Assembly: GCA_965637545.1 (NCBI GenBank)
Contig: OZ281497.1
Location: forward strand, 5,394,001-5,458,000
Length of the DNA: 64,000 nucleotides
Direction of reading: 5' to 3'
Source of the DNA: Phallusia mammillata
Lineage: Eukaryota
The notes under the pieces: generated by a model
The model's database searches: none
What the model was told of the DNA's origin: nothing
The model's input: only the letters and a program-made list of their open reading frames with translations
In this document: one piece after another, positions 1 through 12,762 of the stretch
How positions within the stretch are numbered: position 1 is the stretch's first letter
Layout of the letters: every line of letters starts with the position of its first letter
Made by a program: the position numbers and the translations under genes

Positions 1-149
1 TATGTCTGATTTATTAATGTGTCATTTGTTTTCTGATACTGAACAAGATTGCTGTTAGTATAAAACCATTTCATTTCAGTCTCTTACAACTGTGCAATAC
101 ATATAAGTTCATTATACTTGTTTCGGTTCCTAATCTGGCAATGAAAATA

Positions 150-390
150 ATGTATTTGCAGATTTTCAAGGCTAAACCAAGCTCTGAAGAATGCAAGTTA
201 TACTATAGCAACAGCTCTTTAGAAGACGAAACAGCAATACCAGAAACAGGCTCTAGTTATCTGTAGACAAATATATTTGCAGATTTTCAAGAGTAAACCA
301 AGGTCTAAAAAATGCAACTTATACTGCAGCAACAGCCCTTTAGCAGACGAAGCAGCCATACCCACAACAGGTTCTAGTTATCTGTTTACA
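150..390. repeat. Diverged tandem duplication of ~130 bp, each copy preceded by tatttgcag
   Basis: tatttgcagATTTTCAAGGCTAAACCAAGCTCTGAAGAATGC...GGCTCTAGTTATCTGT (~153-263) and tatttgcagATTTTCAAGAGTAAACCAAGGTCTAAAAAATGC...GGTTCTAGTTATCTGT (~274-385) align. Coding status is unresolved. Confidence 0.6.
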
Positions 391-3298
391 AAACCACAGC
401 TCTTTATCCTTTACTTGATCATGCAACAGCTCTATATTCTCAACTTGGTCATGCCAATCTATCCAAAACATTTTTGTAAGCACAATTTTGAATGATACTG
501 CCAAAATGTGATGTTAATCACGAAAACCAAACAGGAACATTGCAGCGAGTGGAAAATATTAACCAATCAGATCCATAACACAACACATTTTAAGACTTAA
601 AAATCCATGCTGCACAGATTATACATAGAATACTGAAAACGAACATTTTCACACTTGATTTTTGAAGAAAATCAACAAAACATCCTAGTTCACAGACATA
701 CTTTGGGAGTTATGAAAAGCATATTATATAATGCACACCCACAGTTAGAATGACTGACAAACAATCGTAACCAATTTTCAAAAATACACAGAAAATTTTT
801 TTCAGTAAAGTTTGTGCATTTTTTTGCAAATACGTTATATGATTCAATTAAAAAAGCAAAAAAAGTTTTTAAATGTAAGTTTTACAATCACTTTATATAT
901 TTAACATATATTTTATTATAAACTTACTGCATTCACACAGACATGATTTTTATTTGTAACTTTAAAAAAACAGCAGCATTATGGTTTATGCATCCTATGA
1001 AAACTAAAACTTACCAGGAGTAATTTACAAAATGAAGCAGTTCGTTCAGCTTGGTTCAATAAAGTCAGGGGTTTGATAATGCTTTTGAAAACAATTCCAT
1101 ACAAGTACAGGTGGTCGTTGGGAACTTTGGACAATTACCAAACAAACACAACTTGTTTAATGCTGACTAGTCAATTTTAAAACCATTTCATTAAACCTAT
1201 AGTGAATGACCTAAGTAAATAATAGAAGCTACTAATGGCGGTGAAATACAAAAGCATGGTGTGTTGCTCAAGATAAAAACAAAAACAAATTTTGATCACA
1301 AACCGGGAAACTTATCAGCAAAATCGACAATTCATGTCACGTGTTTGCATTGCATGTCGCACGGGTCATTGCGTTTTGATTTGGATTAGAAATCGTATTA
1401 TTTATCATTGCTCTTTCACCAATCAAGATTTTCTCAAGCATAATGTCGTTAAAAACAGTCTTTATTTTGTATTCACAACCTTTTTATCAGGCACACTTTC
1501 AGATATCTTGGTTAAAAACCATACTTTTTTACTGGTTCAGGGATTTGGGCGTTTTTAGATTTAAAACCATTTAGAAGTAAATTAATGTTGCCGCATTTCA
1601 AAATATTCGTTTGACTCATTTCAAATAAAAAAGCGTACAGTGGATTACCAAAAACTGTTTTGTTCTTTGTAATCAGGTCATATCAATGTGGTTTAATCAC
1701 AATTACAACGGGCTGACAACCCATAAAATTTGAGTGAGGAATATGTAGGCCTAGTGTGAAACAATATGTTTTCAAAGTTTTTGATTTACATTGTCGCAAA
1801 CGCGTTACTGAAACGATTAGATAGCAATCGTAAACAGTTCCGTCGAATCACCGTAAGCGTCATATCCTATTACAATCGTATCTGAATACATAAAGCCAGA
1901 ATCGAGCTCTAGTTATTTGTTCGCCAAACCTCGAAATCAGATGCTATGTAGGTGAATGAACACGGCATATGTATAACTACAAAATGCCAATACGATGTCA
2001 GATATTATGGAGCATCTAAACCAAAGTTGAATTAAGTCTTTCAAATTAAAACAGTCTGTGGGCTTTACCATACGCCGCCGGTGTGTAAAAAGTTAGTGAG
2101 TTGGCATAGAAAGGGTTGCAAAACCGTAAAATTGTGGTTGGGCTTACTTAGGCTGGTTGCTGCCGTGTTAATAGATTTAGGATACTAAGCAGACATATAT
2201 GCATTATTCTGCAAGCATTTTTGCTGCTTTGCCACATGAGGTGGTATAGTTTATGCCTACGGCGAGGTTCAATTGTTGTTTTAGCTTCACACATTCAAAC
2301 GAAAAGATTTCAAAACAAAAGCGAGAGCATAGCCTACTAAAACACTATGCTACGTAGCATAGATTTTAGGGATGTTGATTTTGGCCCATTAGCCTTTAAT
2401 CTGGTCACTATATAGTGAAGTCAGGCAAGGAACACAGATTTCTGCTTAAAAATGGAAATTATAGCTTACAAGTGGCTGGAGAACTAACCAGAAAGGCTTA
2501 ATTAAACTGACCTATGTAGCTTAACTTTGTATACACCCGTTTTACTCCAGGAATGTTAACCCTCAGTCCCTCATAGTATTGTTGGAGTAAAAAAGCAACC
2601 AAACCACTAATTTGGAAACAAGTCACATTATTTGTACGACAAGAGGCCAAAACTACACAGAAATAGGATTTGCTGTATAGTGGACAATGTGCGCTTAACC
2701 CATTTCTTAAAAAAGCTTGTCTTGTCGGTTGTCACTTCTTGATCCTATGAAAACAGACATTGTGACCCTTTCAGAACTTCGAATTGATTTTGTGTTTGGG
2801 GTAATTTGCACGCTTTAGTGAACGACTGAGGTTGCCGCTCAGTCGAGCATGTCGTTTCAAACAATGCTGTTGCATTCTTTCATGTGACAAAATGAGATAC
2901 ATTGGTAGACAGGCGATTTAAGTTTCTTGGGGGTTACAAATGTAGCCTACACCAAAAACCGGTTAAAATAGGTAGCCCACAGGATCACACAATATAAACA
3001 AACAAATGTAACAAAGGTATATAACCTATAACTTCATAGCAATTGCAAATTTATCAAACGTTTACATTTAGTTTAACTTAAAAAGATTATCGTTGAGAAC
3101 GAGTTTGGGGTGTTTCTAATGCTAGTATGTGAATAACGAGAACTATTTAGTTACAGAGAGATTAAAAACGTGTTTATTACTTAGTATCTAATATTATTTT
3201 TGCATAGACCCACAAAATAGGGCTACTATATTGCAGAATATTGCTTTTTTTAGGTCATTTTAGCAGTATCCACATCCATTTTTTGGTTAAATAAAGAG

Positions 3299-3643
3299 AT
3301 GTCTTACATGCATGTCTTTGCCGACGCAGTCACCATATCATCTCACTCTCAGCGAAATTTTATCGCTATCACCACCAAAAAAGGAATCGAAATAGAAGCC
3401 CTGGAGTGTATCCACGGAGCTTGTCAGGCAGTTGATGAAAAGGCTGCTTCCATGTGCTCTGCATCATTTCAGGAAGCAAACGAAAGGAAAATCAGTTTTA
3501 ATCCAAACTTCAAATGGGATCGTGAGAGTAAGTCGAAATTTCACGTACACGTTTTGGAAAGCTTGGATCAACGTGGCTGGGAACGTGTTTTGGGAACTAG
3601 CTTTTACCACGAGGAAGGAATGACATTTAAAAAGCAACATTGA
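3299..3643 (+). CDS. 114-aa protein of unknown function (single exon or terminal exon)
   Basis: ATG-started ORF with globular-protein composition, more GC-rich than its flanks. The segment VHVLESLDQRGWERV resembles GFRP / KCTD C-terminal-domain motifs (weak, by eye). Confidence 0.45.
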   Translation: MSYMHVFADAVTISSHSQRNFIAITTKKGIEIEALECIHGACQAVDEKAASMCSASFQEANERKISFNPNFKWDRESKSKFHVHVLESLDQRGWERVLGTSFYHEEGMTFKKQH

Positions 3644-5023
3644 GGGTTAAACCAAACGACGTTGCTGTATTTGCGAATTGTTCAACACAATTACCAGAAG
3701 TATACGAACGTTCTGACATAAAGCACACAAAAACATGTTGTTTACTTTGTAGTAGACCTGGACAAAAGTGTTGGGGTGTTGTTTTTTACATATTTACATA
3801 CACCTTAGCATTTAACTGAGTAGGCTTTTGTATGAATCCGTTTGGTACTTTTTTACAACACAGCTGCCCGAGTTGATGGCGGAAATGTAAACAATGATTA
3901 ATGTATTGCACTTACTTTGTGTATTTGTTGTATGTTACGTTGCCTTTGGATTTTGTTTTCATTTAGTGTGCAATTGTGTGTGTTGGATACAACAACAGTC
4001 TTGCAACGTTGGAATTAAAATGGAATTTACCAGACCTTTGTGCGTCAAACATGGCAATGCGTTTGGAAGTGGAAAACACCGGAGCATTTTTGAACAGAAA
4101 CTACTTCATAATACGTCATACACTTCTTTGCACATTCTCTCGTTTGCCTTTTTCTTACGCTTTCACACTTCCGTTGACATGACTTCAAGTACTCATGTGA
4201 TATAAAGTATTCATGTTGTTTACCCAATTACATGCAGAAAATATCCTAGCAGTAACTAATACTTACTTAACATAGGTTAGTGTGACTTCAGATAATGTGC
4301 AAGCAGACCTAATAGTAGGCTCTGATGTGAAGCACAGTTATATAAACAAACAGAAAGTTTTTCTATTCAACAATTGTAGCATTTTGCTTAGATTTAGGCC
4401 CCCCAGAGTTGGGGTTACTTTAGTTATAAAAAGGGTGCCATGTTTTCGGTGAAAAACAAGGCTGAAAATGATTGTGACAACTAAAAGAACGATTGCCCCA
4501 TAATAGCGGTTAAACGCAAAGCAATACAGAGCGCCTGCCGGATATAGTAGGTCACGTTACCGGCGGTGTTCGACAAGGAGAGTGCTTGCTGAAGTTTGTC
4601 ATGCTATTTCAGGTTTAGGAAGTGTGTGGTCGAAACTTGGTGTTTATAATTCAATCATGCACAAAGGGTTGACTTCTGCTGTAATTCTAGCCCAAGTAAG
4701 TGAAAGTTTTTCAGCTAGATTTATTAGCACGCTTTATTTTACTATCACTACAGTATACTATGGTAAATTGATTCTTGGAACAATTCCCTGTTCCATTGTT
4801 GCAACGATTCCACCTTTCATTATATATAAATTATCACAAGTAGGGAAATGTTTATTTCCAGGTTAAAATCAGTTGACAATCGTATAAAGAACAAATATAT
4901 TCGCTAACAGAGCATGTTCAGTGTCTTAGCCTATTCTATTTGAACCTGGAAAACATGTCCCGACTTCAGTTGTCCTGGTTAATATGTGTCGATGTTTACT
5001 GACGATGCTTTGTATTTTTATAG

Positions 5024-8000
5024 TGTTTCGGTATCACTGCCCTTACCCTTATCTGTGTATGGATCATCAAGTTAAGCGGTGGAATAGGGTGGGACGGGGG
5101 TGAAAAACAGTTTAACGTTCATCCAGTAACAATGGTGCTTGGCCTTGTCTTTTTGTATGGAGAAGGTCAGTTAATAACTTACAAAAACATCACAATTCAT
5201 GAATGAAACTAGCAATTAGGTTACAAATCACACAAATTTGTTTCATAGTTATAGGCTATACTTGGAGCGGTAGGGTATATCAGTCGTAAATTAGTTTAAC
5301 ATTTCACACAGAAAATTAAGGAATAACAGTAGCACGTTGTTAATTTCCCTTGAAAACGACTGGTATGGTCTCTAAATTAGGTAGCCTATATTGTATCAAA
5401 GAGCTAATTGGCCCTTTCGGAAAATTTGTTGTGATATGTCAAAGGTGAATCGGGCATGTCTGCATTTATAGGCTATAAATACATTTCTACCCGACACGTT
5501 CGGACCTACTTTACACAGACTGATAGGTCAAAACGTTGGTCAACTAAAAATCAAACAGTATATTTATGCCAGACATAGACTGGTGATGAGCCTTGGATAT
5601 TAACCTTTGCTTTGGTAAACTTTGACATTTTGAGGGATTTCTTTTCACAGTGAATTGCGTTCACGTCCTGCTGAAAATGCCTCCTTGTTTCCTGTTTGCT
5701 ACTAGGTCATGTGGTGATTCATATGCAAACATACTTCGCAAACAGGTTAATTATCCATTGATGCTGTAAAGGATTGCAACCATGCTGTGGGCTAAACCGT
5801 TCCCACAAATTTTTTTAATGCCATAACTACCGTAAGCTTACCTTTTATAGCACAGAAAAGCATCAGCATTTTAATACAAATGATAAGCTGTAAGATAAAG
5901 TTGCACATAACACTAGCGCAAATCTGAATGTATGAAACTGTAGTTTCCCGTCTAAAATTACGCAAAGTAACGGATACTTCACGTTATACTGTTTACCATA
6001 TTCAACCAGTTTTAATCCACCGGCCATACGGTACCGTTGTCCTTATTCTAAAATTTAATGAAGAAATTAGCGCTTGACTTTAAGTTGTTTATTGTGTGCA
6101 GGTTTGCTAGTGTATCGCACATTCCGAGGTTACTCCAAGAAATGGATCAAGTTATTGCACGCGTTTTCTCTGTTCGGTGCGTTGTTATCCGCCACCGTTG
6201 GTAAGTTTCGTTACAACAGCAAAATGGAAATTTAATTTCACACCCGGTTAGCGGTGTATAAAGCTATAGCTTATGGACAAATTGGGCCGTATATTGGCAA
6301 AACCACATTTAAAGATTAAAAGTTTTAAAAAGGAATTGTATGTGTATAATGCAACTAACTCATTTATAACACTCTGATGACAACATCTTTTTACGCTTTG
6401 GTTTGCCATTAGAAAGAACTAAGCAAATTGTTAATTCACAATTTGGTCTGTTTGTTTCACGCCAGACACAATCCTATAAATGTTATTTTATTGAAACTTT
6501 TGTGACTGTATTAGTTCAATGCTAAATTATTTTATCTAACACCATTGGTTGTGGGAAAAATGATTCTATTTTACAAATAGTTACAGAGATTAGCTGAAAC
6601 AAAACATGCTAATTAAAAAAATTGTTGTCAAAAACTTATTAATATTTTTTGCAGGTATTACGGCCATTTTTCAGCTACACAACGAAACTGGTGAACCAAA
6701 CTTGCATTCAGTGCACAGTTGGCTCGGTCTTACAACTTATATATTGTTTGGATTGCAGGTTGGCAAACATTGCATATAGGCTGCTTATTGTGTGTTCAAC
6801 ATGCCGTAAAACGATTTACAGTGTGTAAAATGCGGATTGTATAAATGTACATGTTTTTCGTTCACGTTTTACCCAGAAGAGTTACTTAATAGTTTTGTGG
6901 GAAATCCTCCCAGTGGCAACAACTGCTGTAATTTTGTTGTTGTCTAATCAACACAAAATAGTCTATATGATACAACACATTGTATGCGGGCACAAAACTC
7001 GAGCCCGAATCCCGAAGTATAAAACCATAGTCTGGCCCGAACCCGAATCGTTTTTGAGAAGTCGGTTTAGGCCCGAAAGTTTGATTGACAGGCATATAAT
7101 AATAAACAGTACACAATGGAAGATAATAGGCAATAGACAATGGCCTAAACAAGAATGTGGAGGCTGGTCCGAATCAAACTCGTTTTTAAGAAACCAAAGC
7201 CCGAACTCTGTGATACAGACAAAAAGTAAAAGCGTTAAAAAATGTTTTATCATTCTCACCTAAGACACTCACCAATTTCGTTTCTGCACAGTTTGTTGCT
7301 GGATTTGTGTGTTTTCTGCTTCCTACACCTCAATCCATCAAAAAAGTCGTTTTACCATTTCATCAGTTTTTCGGGGGAGCGATTTTGCTGCTAGTAGCTG
7401 CAACTTGTGCATCTGGGATCATGGAAAAATTGTCTGAGGAGTAAGTTGTATAGTAACATTTAAGTATTTTTTGGTAGTTAAGCCTCATATCCATTTAAAA
7501 GCATAGAGTCAATTTGTCATTTATTGGCTCTATGGTTTTACATTGATACTGTGACACTGGGCCGACTTCACTTTGGTTCCCAAGCAGTTGCTTGGCCATT
7601 GTGAGCCAGTTTCATCTGTGCTGTATGCCCAGTTATGGCATCGCACGGACCGATGAGGCTTGGGTTTTTACCCTGTTACACCCAACAAACTGGAGTGTCG
7701 TTGGATGGCTGCACTAGCCAATACGGCTGATCTCTCGTCACCAGCTGCACTGATGAGACCTTATAGGGCTGTTTGCAGCTTAAGACTCTATCAGTTGTTT
7801 ATTATTGGCTTACATTGGTCCTGATGTGCAAAAATCTCTTCAAGTCTTTTCCGTAAGACAAGACGAAAGCTAACAAAAAATGCAACCCGAGCTTTTGAAC
7901 TCACGGCTTGATCTTATTCGTCTCGATAAGTTTGCAATATAATCTAATACAAACCAAGTACAAGGGCTTAAAGCAATTTTGCTTCAGTTTCCCTATATTC

Positions 8001-8324
8001 AAGGTTGAACTATTTGACACAGACTTTATAGGTCGAAACAATATGCACGGTCTGCAGCTATCATGTATTGATACGATGTGTTAATATAGTTGACCATGTT
8101 CCTTAAAAAATACCTGAGCGTTGCAAAGGCACATACATTATGTTTGTCGTTGCTCATATTTTAGAACCTGGGGTAAAAAGGTCTTCTTGGGAAATACGGC
8201 AGCTCTGATGATTGTGGCATTTGCAATCACTGTTCTGTTCATTGTCCGTTGGTCGCCATGGAAACGGCCTTCCGAAGATGATACAGGCCACCTTTTATCG
8301 TCAAACGATGTCAGTGCTAATTGA
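5024..8324 (+). CDS. CYB561: Cytochrome b561 family protein, paralog 1 (exons 5024-5165, 6102-6200, 6655-6758, 7292-7440, 8165-8324; first coding exon unresolved)
   Basis: Spliced by hand at GT-AG sites: ...GGIGWDGGEKQFNVHPVTMVLGLVFLYGE / LLVYRTFRGYSKKWIKLLHAF / LHSVHSWLGL / LPFHQFFGG...MEKL / ...WKRP. All four heme-ligand His motifs of b561 are present and splice phases are compatible. Subfamily (CYB561, CYBRD1 or CYB561A3) not determined. Confidence 0.93.
6995..7095. repeat. Dispersed repeat (GGCCCGAA-rich, MITE-like)
   Basis: ggcccgaacccgaatcgtttttgagaagtcggtttaggcccgaaagtttgattgacaggc matches ~31682-31780, ~43818-43915 and ~60115-60215. Element termini not defined. Confidence 0.65.
7743..8059 (+). 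ncRNA. Two complementary degenerate remnants of a type I hammerhead ribozyme (Penelope/retrozyme-like) in a cytochrome b561 intron
   Basis: 7743-7780 agctgca-CTGATGA-gacc-ttata-gggc...tgcagct has stem I, the core and stem II, but lacks GAAA/stem III. 8022-8059 gact-ttata-ggtc-GAAA-c...GTC-tgcagct has stem II, GAAA, a GUC site and the 3' stem I, but lacks CUGAUGA. Confidence 0.5.
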
Positions 8325-9449
8325 GTTTCATCTGAAACTGACTTGAATACAAAATTTGAGTAATTTGTAATATCCCGTCCAGTCATCAAGTTCTCGCGAA
8401 ATTAGGCTATAAAACCATTCTGCCTCAATTTTCGAGAAGAATCTTCTAAGCCACAGTCAAAATATGCATAATAGCCAAAACAATTCGTTGCCAATAAGCA
8501 TCAGGTAACCTTGGTATTCTGAAATGTGCAATATTACTGTAGTATTTGTGGTTCATTGTTAGTGCAATAATCCTCTCTTAGTGTTATTGTGTATTTGTTG
8601 TGCATTAAAAGATAAATCCGTAAAATACATTCTGGAATTTATTTTGTATCTAGACTTTCGTCTACAAAACGCATTTAAAAGGATACATATGTCTATTGAC
8701 AGGTAGGACTTTTAAGGTTTTATATACCACCACTAGATTCATATTTTTAAATTGTTGTCCCATACATACGCACAGTTTACCATTTTACCGTGTAGGCCCA
8801 CCTAGTTGTGCTAAAGCCATCTTCGCATCTTGTCCGCAGTGGTCTATCTATTGTCACCTGTTAATAACACTTTACACACGATTTAGATTTTTTGTTACAC
8901 TTGTAATTACAGAAAAAATATCTTGACTCAAGCCATACACAGTACTCATTTTTAAGGAAGGTATATAGGCTACGCCTAACAATAACTGCGCAGTTTTTCA
9001 AGTGTAAGTAAAGTACGAAACAACGTAAGTTAAGCCATCAGCAGAGAAGCTCCAAAACAGATTTTACCCAGAAAAATATTTCAAGGTAAGGTTAAAGTTA
9101 AACGGTACAGGCATTCTCACTTTCTAGCCAGAGAAAGAAAACACGTGCTAGTAAAAAAATACTACTTCTATGCGTTACCAAATTCCCTAAATAAAGTCGG
9201 TTTTCGAATGAGCTTGTGCGAGCATCAAAAATACCACAAAATTCAAGGAAATAAATGCCCAAATGTTCGAGTTTTGTAGATTTTGATTAATTTACAATCA
9301 AGTCTCACATAACTTTTTAACGCATTCGCGAAGCTTTATAACAGTGGTCGACAAACTCATAACAAATGTTCGGTGCATGTCACTAGCCTTCAAAAACTGC
9401 GTTATTGAAAGGTATTGGTATATTTTGTCGCAATAAGGTCCAACTAAGG

Positions 9450-9779
9450 CAGGGGTTCTTAACCAGGGGTACATGTACCCCTTGGGGGTACGAAGCACCA
9501 AAGCAGGGGGTACGACAGTCAGTGTGAAATTATACATTATTTAAGCATATTTGTGAAGAATGCGTAACAAGTTACTTTGTTACATGTAGTTGATTTCAAT
9601 TTAAAGATTGTTGGTGTGCTGTAAATATTGTTGAACTTACAAGACTATTTTAATGCATGCATTCAACACGTAAGTTATAAATACACTGAGTTTGTCCGTC
9701 GGCCATTGTAGACAGGGGGTACGAGAAAATTTCATGAAAGCTCAAAGGGTACGAGCCCAAAAAAGGTTAAGAAACACTG
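9450..9779. mobile_element. Non-autonomous hAT-type MITE, 330 bp
   Basis: TIRs caggggttcttaacc / ggttaagaaacactg; exact 8-bp TSD aactaagg at 9442-9449 and 9780-9787. Confidence 0.92.
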
Positions 9780-12762
9780 AACTAAGGGATTATAGTAGTC
9801 AATAAACATAGCATATCACCAGTGTTCTAACCTAATGCATTGTTTCTGGGCGGCTATAAGCAACAAATCCTGGTACTAATGGTTCATAAACTTGTATTTT
9901 GTCGTGGCTCAAATATTTATTACTGCAAAACTTTTTACTTTTGTGAATATATTTAATATGACATGTTTGTGACCTACTTGAATTGATATAGCGACCAACT
10001 ACAGGGCCATGACCTAAAACTGCTGAAATGGTTGTCGCCACTTAAAATTTTCAATGCGCATGTACAAATTTGCTGGATCGATGAATCAAAATTGGTTGGT
10101 AGCTTTTAAATACCTCGAAAAGATGTACAGCTGTTCACAAAGAAAACGGGGATCCCACCAATCAATATTTATTCTGTCACAAAATCGATATATTCGGGAG
10201 CGGACAGAAAACATAAGAGCGGCACGGCGTCTTCAAAAAGAAAAGCCAATATAACGGTGGTTCCCAACTGATGGTCAACGATGACTTTTTCGGTGGTCCA
10301 CATGACTTTAATTATATTTAGTGATAGACTAGAATTAGTAGCGTATGACTTAGTGCATATGCAGTACGAAAAAAGCTTGTGCAAGTTATTGGCCATTTAT
10401 TGTCATCAGCTGTCAGTTGTCTAATATCACTGATTCACTGTTCGAAAATATGTATTAAAAAATACATTTCATGCCAAAGTGCTTGTTGTGGATGCTTTCT
10501 TTATCCTTACTTAACAATGGACTGATACACGATATTCTTTTAATTGAATTGGTGGTCAATGGCCTGAAACCGCAGTTGAAAACCACTGCATAAAATACAC
10601 ATCTACAGATAAGTAAAGCATACACTTGTTAAAACACTTGCGAACCCAATTGCTCCGACGCAAAATCTATATAGAACGTGCTTTGGCCAACAATAAAAAT
10701 ACACACAATTCTTCAAGAAGGAGAAAGAGTGGCGACTCTGGTATAACAACAGTACTTTTTTCCAAAAAATTTTTTACCAATGCAAAGTTTTTTTTCTAAT
10801 TTGTTTGTACTTTGTGCGTTACCTAACCGTGTTTATTTATTTCCGTTATTTGTGTCACGTAAAATGCAACAAGCTTTGGCGATAACAAGTTTTGTTGCCA
10901 AAGTAAAAACAAACAAAAAAGACCACAATGCACGGTTTTAAATATTCTGAGCAAAAAGATCAGAACCAGTATTTGTGTGTAAAACATCTCACGTTTCGAT
11001 TGTAACAATTCACTTGTGTGTTTTATTACTGCTTAATTGCTTTTGTTATTAACTTCGCGTAGCCCGTTTCTTTACAGTTGTGCTGCACCAAGTTGCATCC
11101 CTTCTGTTGTTTTTTTTAATTCACCTAATGATGACAAAAAACTGTCGGAACATTGTGATTCTCAAACAATAAAGGTTTTTAATTTTCCTGAAAAACGCTT
11201 TGCTCTTAGTTTCCGAACACGACTGAAAATTGATACTCCGGTTTTAAACAAGCCTGTATAGCATTTTCACGTATCACAAGTTAACAATACAAAGAGCATA
11301 ATTATCTCACAGCAAAGGTCCAAGCACTAGAGTACAAATACTTAAAATAGTTGGTGCTTTAGCTATACCTCTGTATGGTATTTACAGGGCTAAGTGTCAT
11401 AGCACTACGACTTAACGTACAGACAAATGCACCTATGGTCAGTGATTTGTATAAGTAAGACTTGAGCTTTAGCAAATCGTTTGGCGGGGAATAAACTGAA
11501 AGCAATTGCACTTTACAACATATTATACAAGAAAAAAGTCGAAACAAACATTATAACGTTATTTGTGTAAGCTAAAAATAAAACAGCCGCAATTTCTGAT
11601 TGGAGTACGAGAACGTGTGTTAAGTAGTACATCTAGTCAGTTTAGTCTCCTTTCAAAATCACTGGTGTTAAGGTTGGACACCACAGGAAATACAGTATGT
11701 ACAAATGGCAGCATAGAATAGCGACTGGTTTTCAACTGCAGGTAGTACAATGATACATAATAGCATCCTTCATGTGGTGGAAAAGCCAAAAATAACGCAT
11801 TGTTCAAACCGACCTATAAAGACAACCATGGAAAGTGATTTGACCTTAATTGAAATGACGTGCTTTGAGTTTACGACAGCTTAGAATCGTACAGCCGCAC
11901 CAGGTGTATGTATTTAAACCAGAGTTTCTAAAATTGGGGCTCGGACAAGTAAGTACAAGCCAAAAAACAGCACCCAAAATTTTCTCCAAGTAAGTTAGAT
12001 TTATAAAGGTGAAACTATAACATAAATGTGGCCTAACGTAAAAGTTTAAACCAAGCACGTTTATTTGAACAGAATCTGTTTGGAAAACCTCAGTCCGACT
12101 TACAACTATAATTTGAATAATTGACTTCGCGGGTTACCGTTTTAAGGGTTTAAATTAATTATACACACATCAAGTCAAAATCTTTTTTAACCTTGCATGA
12201 TGCCACGCATAGAGCATACAATATATAGCCAATCACGAGGCAATCAAAGTCCACCTACAAAAGCGTGGCCATTTTGGTAAGGGCAGAAGACGTGACAAAG
12301 GTTGATTGACTTAAAAAATACACGTGGCCGGTTTAGTACCTCACCTTGTTATCATAAACGTGAAAGTTGAGATTTTCCATATTAAATTGAGAATACCTTT
12401 TAAGAGGCAGAACTTCAAATCTTGTATTGTTGAGTTCCATTTTTAAGATAACGTAGAACGTTGAAAACAGAAGTATTCTGTTGCTTATTACAGTTACCTT
12501 CTTTAACCGCTTTTTTATCCCATTAGGCCCTCTCGATAAAATACACAAGTAATTTTTAAAACGTATTAAGTACAAAATTCAATATTGCACATCTTTGGGC
12601 TCCAAAAAGGGTACCGTATTAATGCAATGGGCTCTAAAACGGGACATTTTCTGTGGCTTACAGTCGAGTGCGACTTGTAATCGAGTAAATATAGTATGTT
12701 TAGCAGCGTAGATGAAGGGAACGAACAATATAAACATACAAACTGGAAAAAAGTACGGATAA

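Noticed and set aside
1015-1130. Minus-strand exon candidate ending at a gtaag donor (1014-1010)
   Set aside because: No recognisable product, and no partner exons could be linked with confidence.
4955-5023. A 30-36 nt micro-intron giving b561 paralog 1 the N-terminus MSRLQLSWLICVD
   Set aside because: Possible but unusually short. An alternative first exon ending ATGCTATTTCAG|gt at 4601-4612 fits the phase equally well, so the start cannot be chosen without RNA data.
8400-12700. Additional gene between the two b561 paralogs
   Set aside because: Only short ORFs and isolated splice-like sites were found, and no consistent exon chain or motif.
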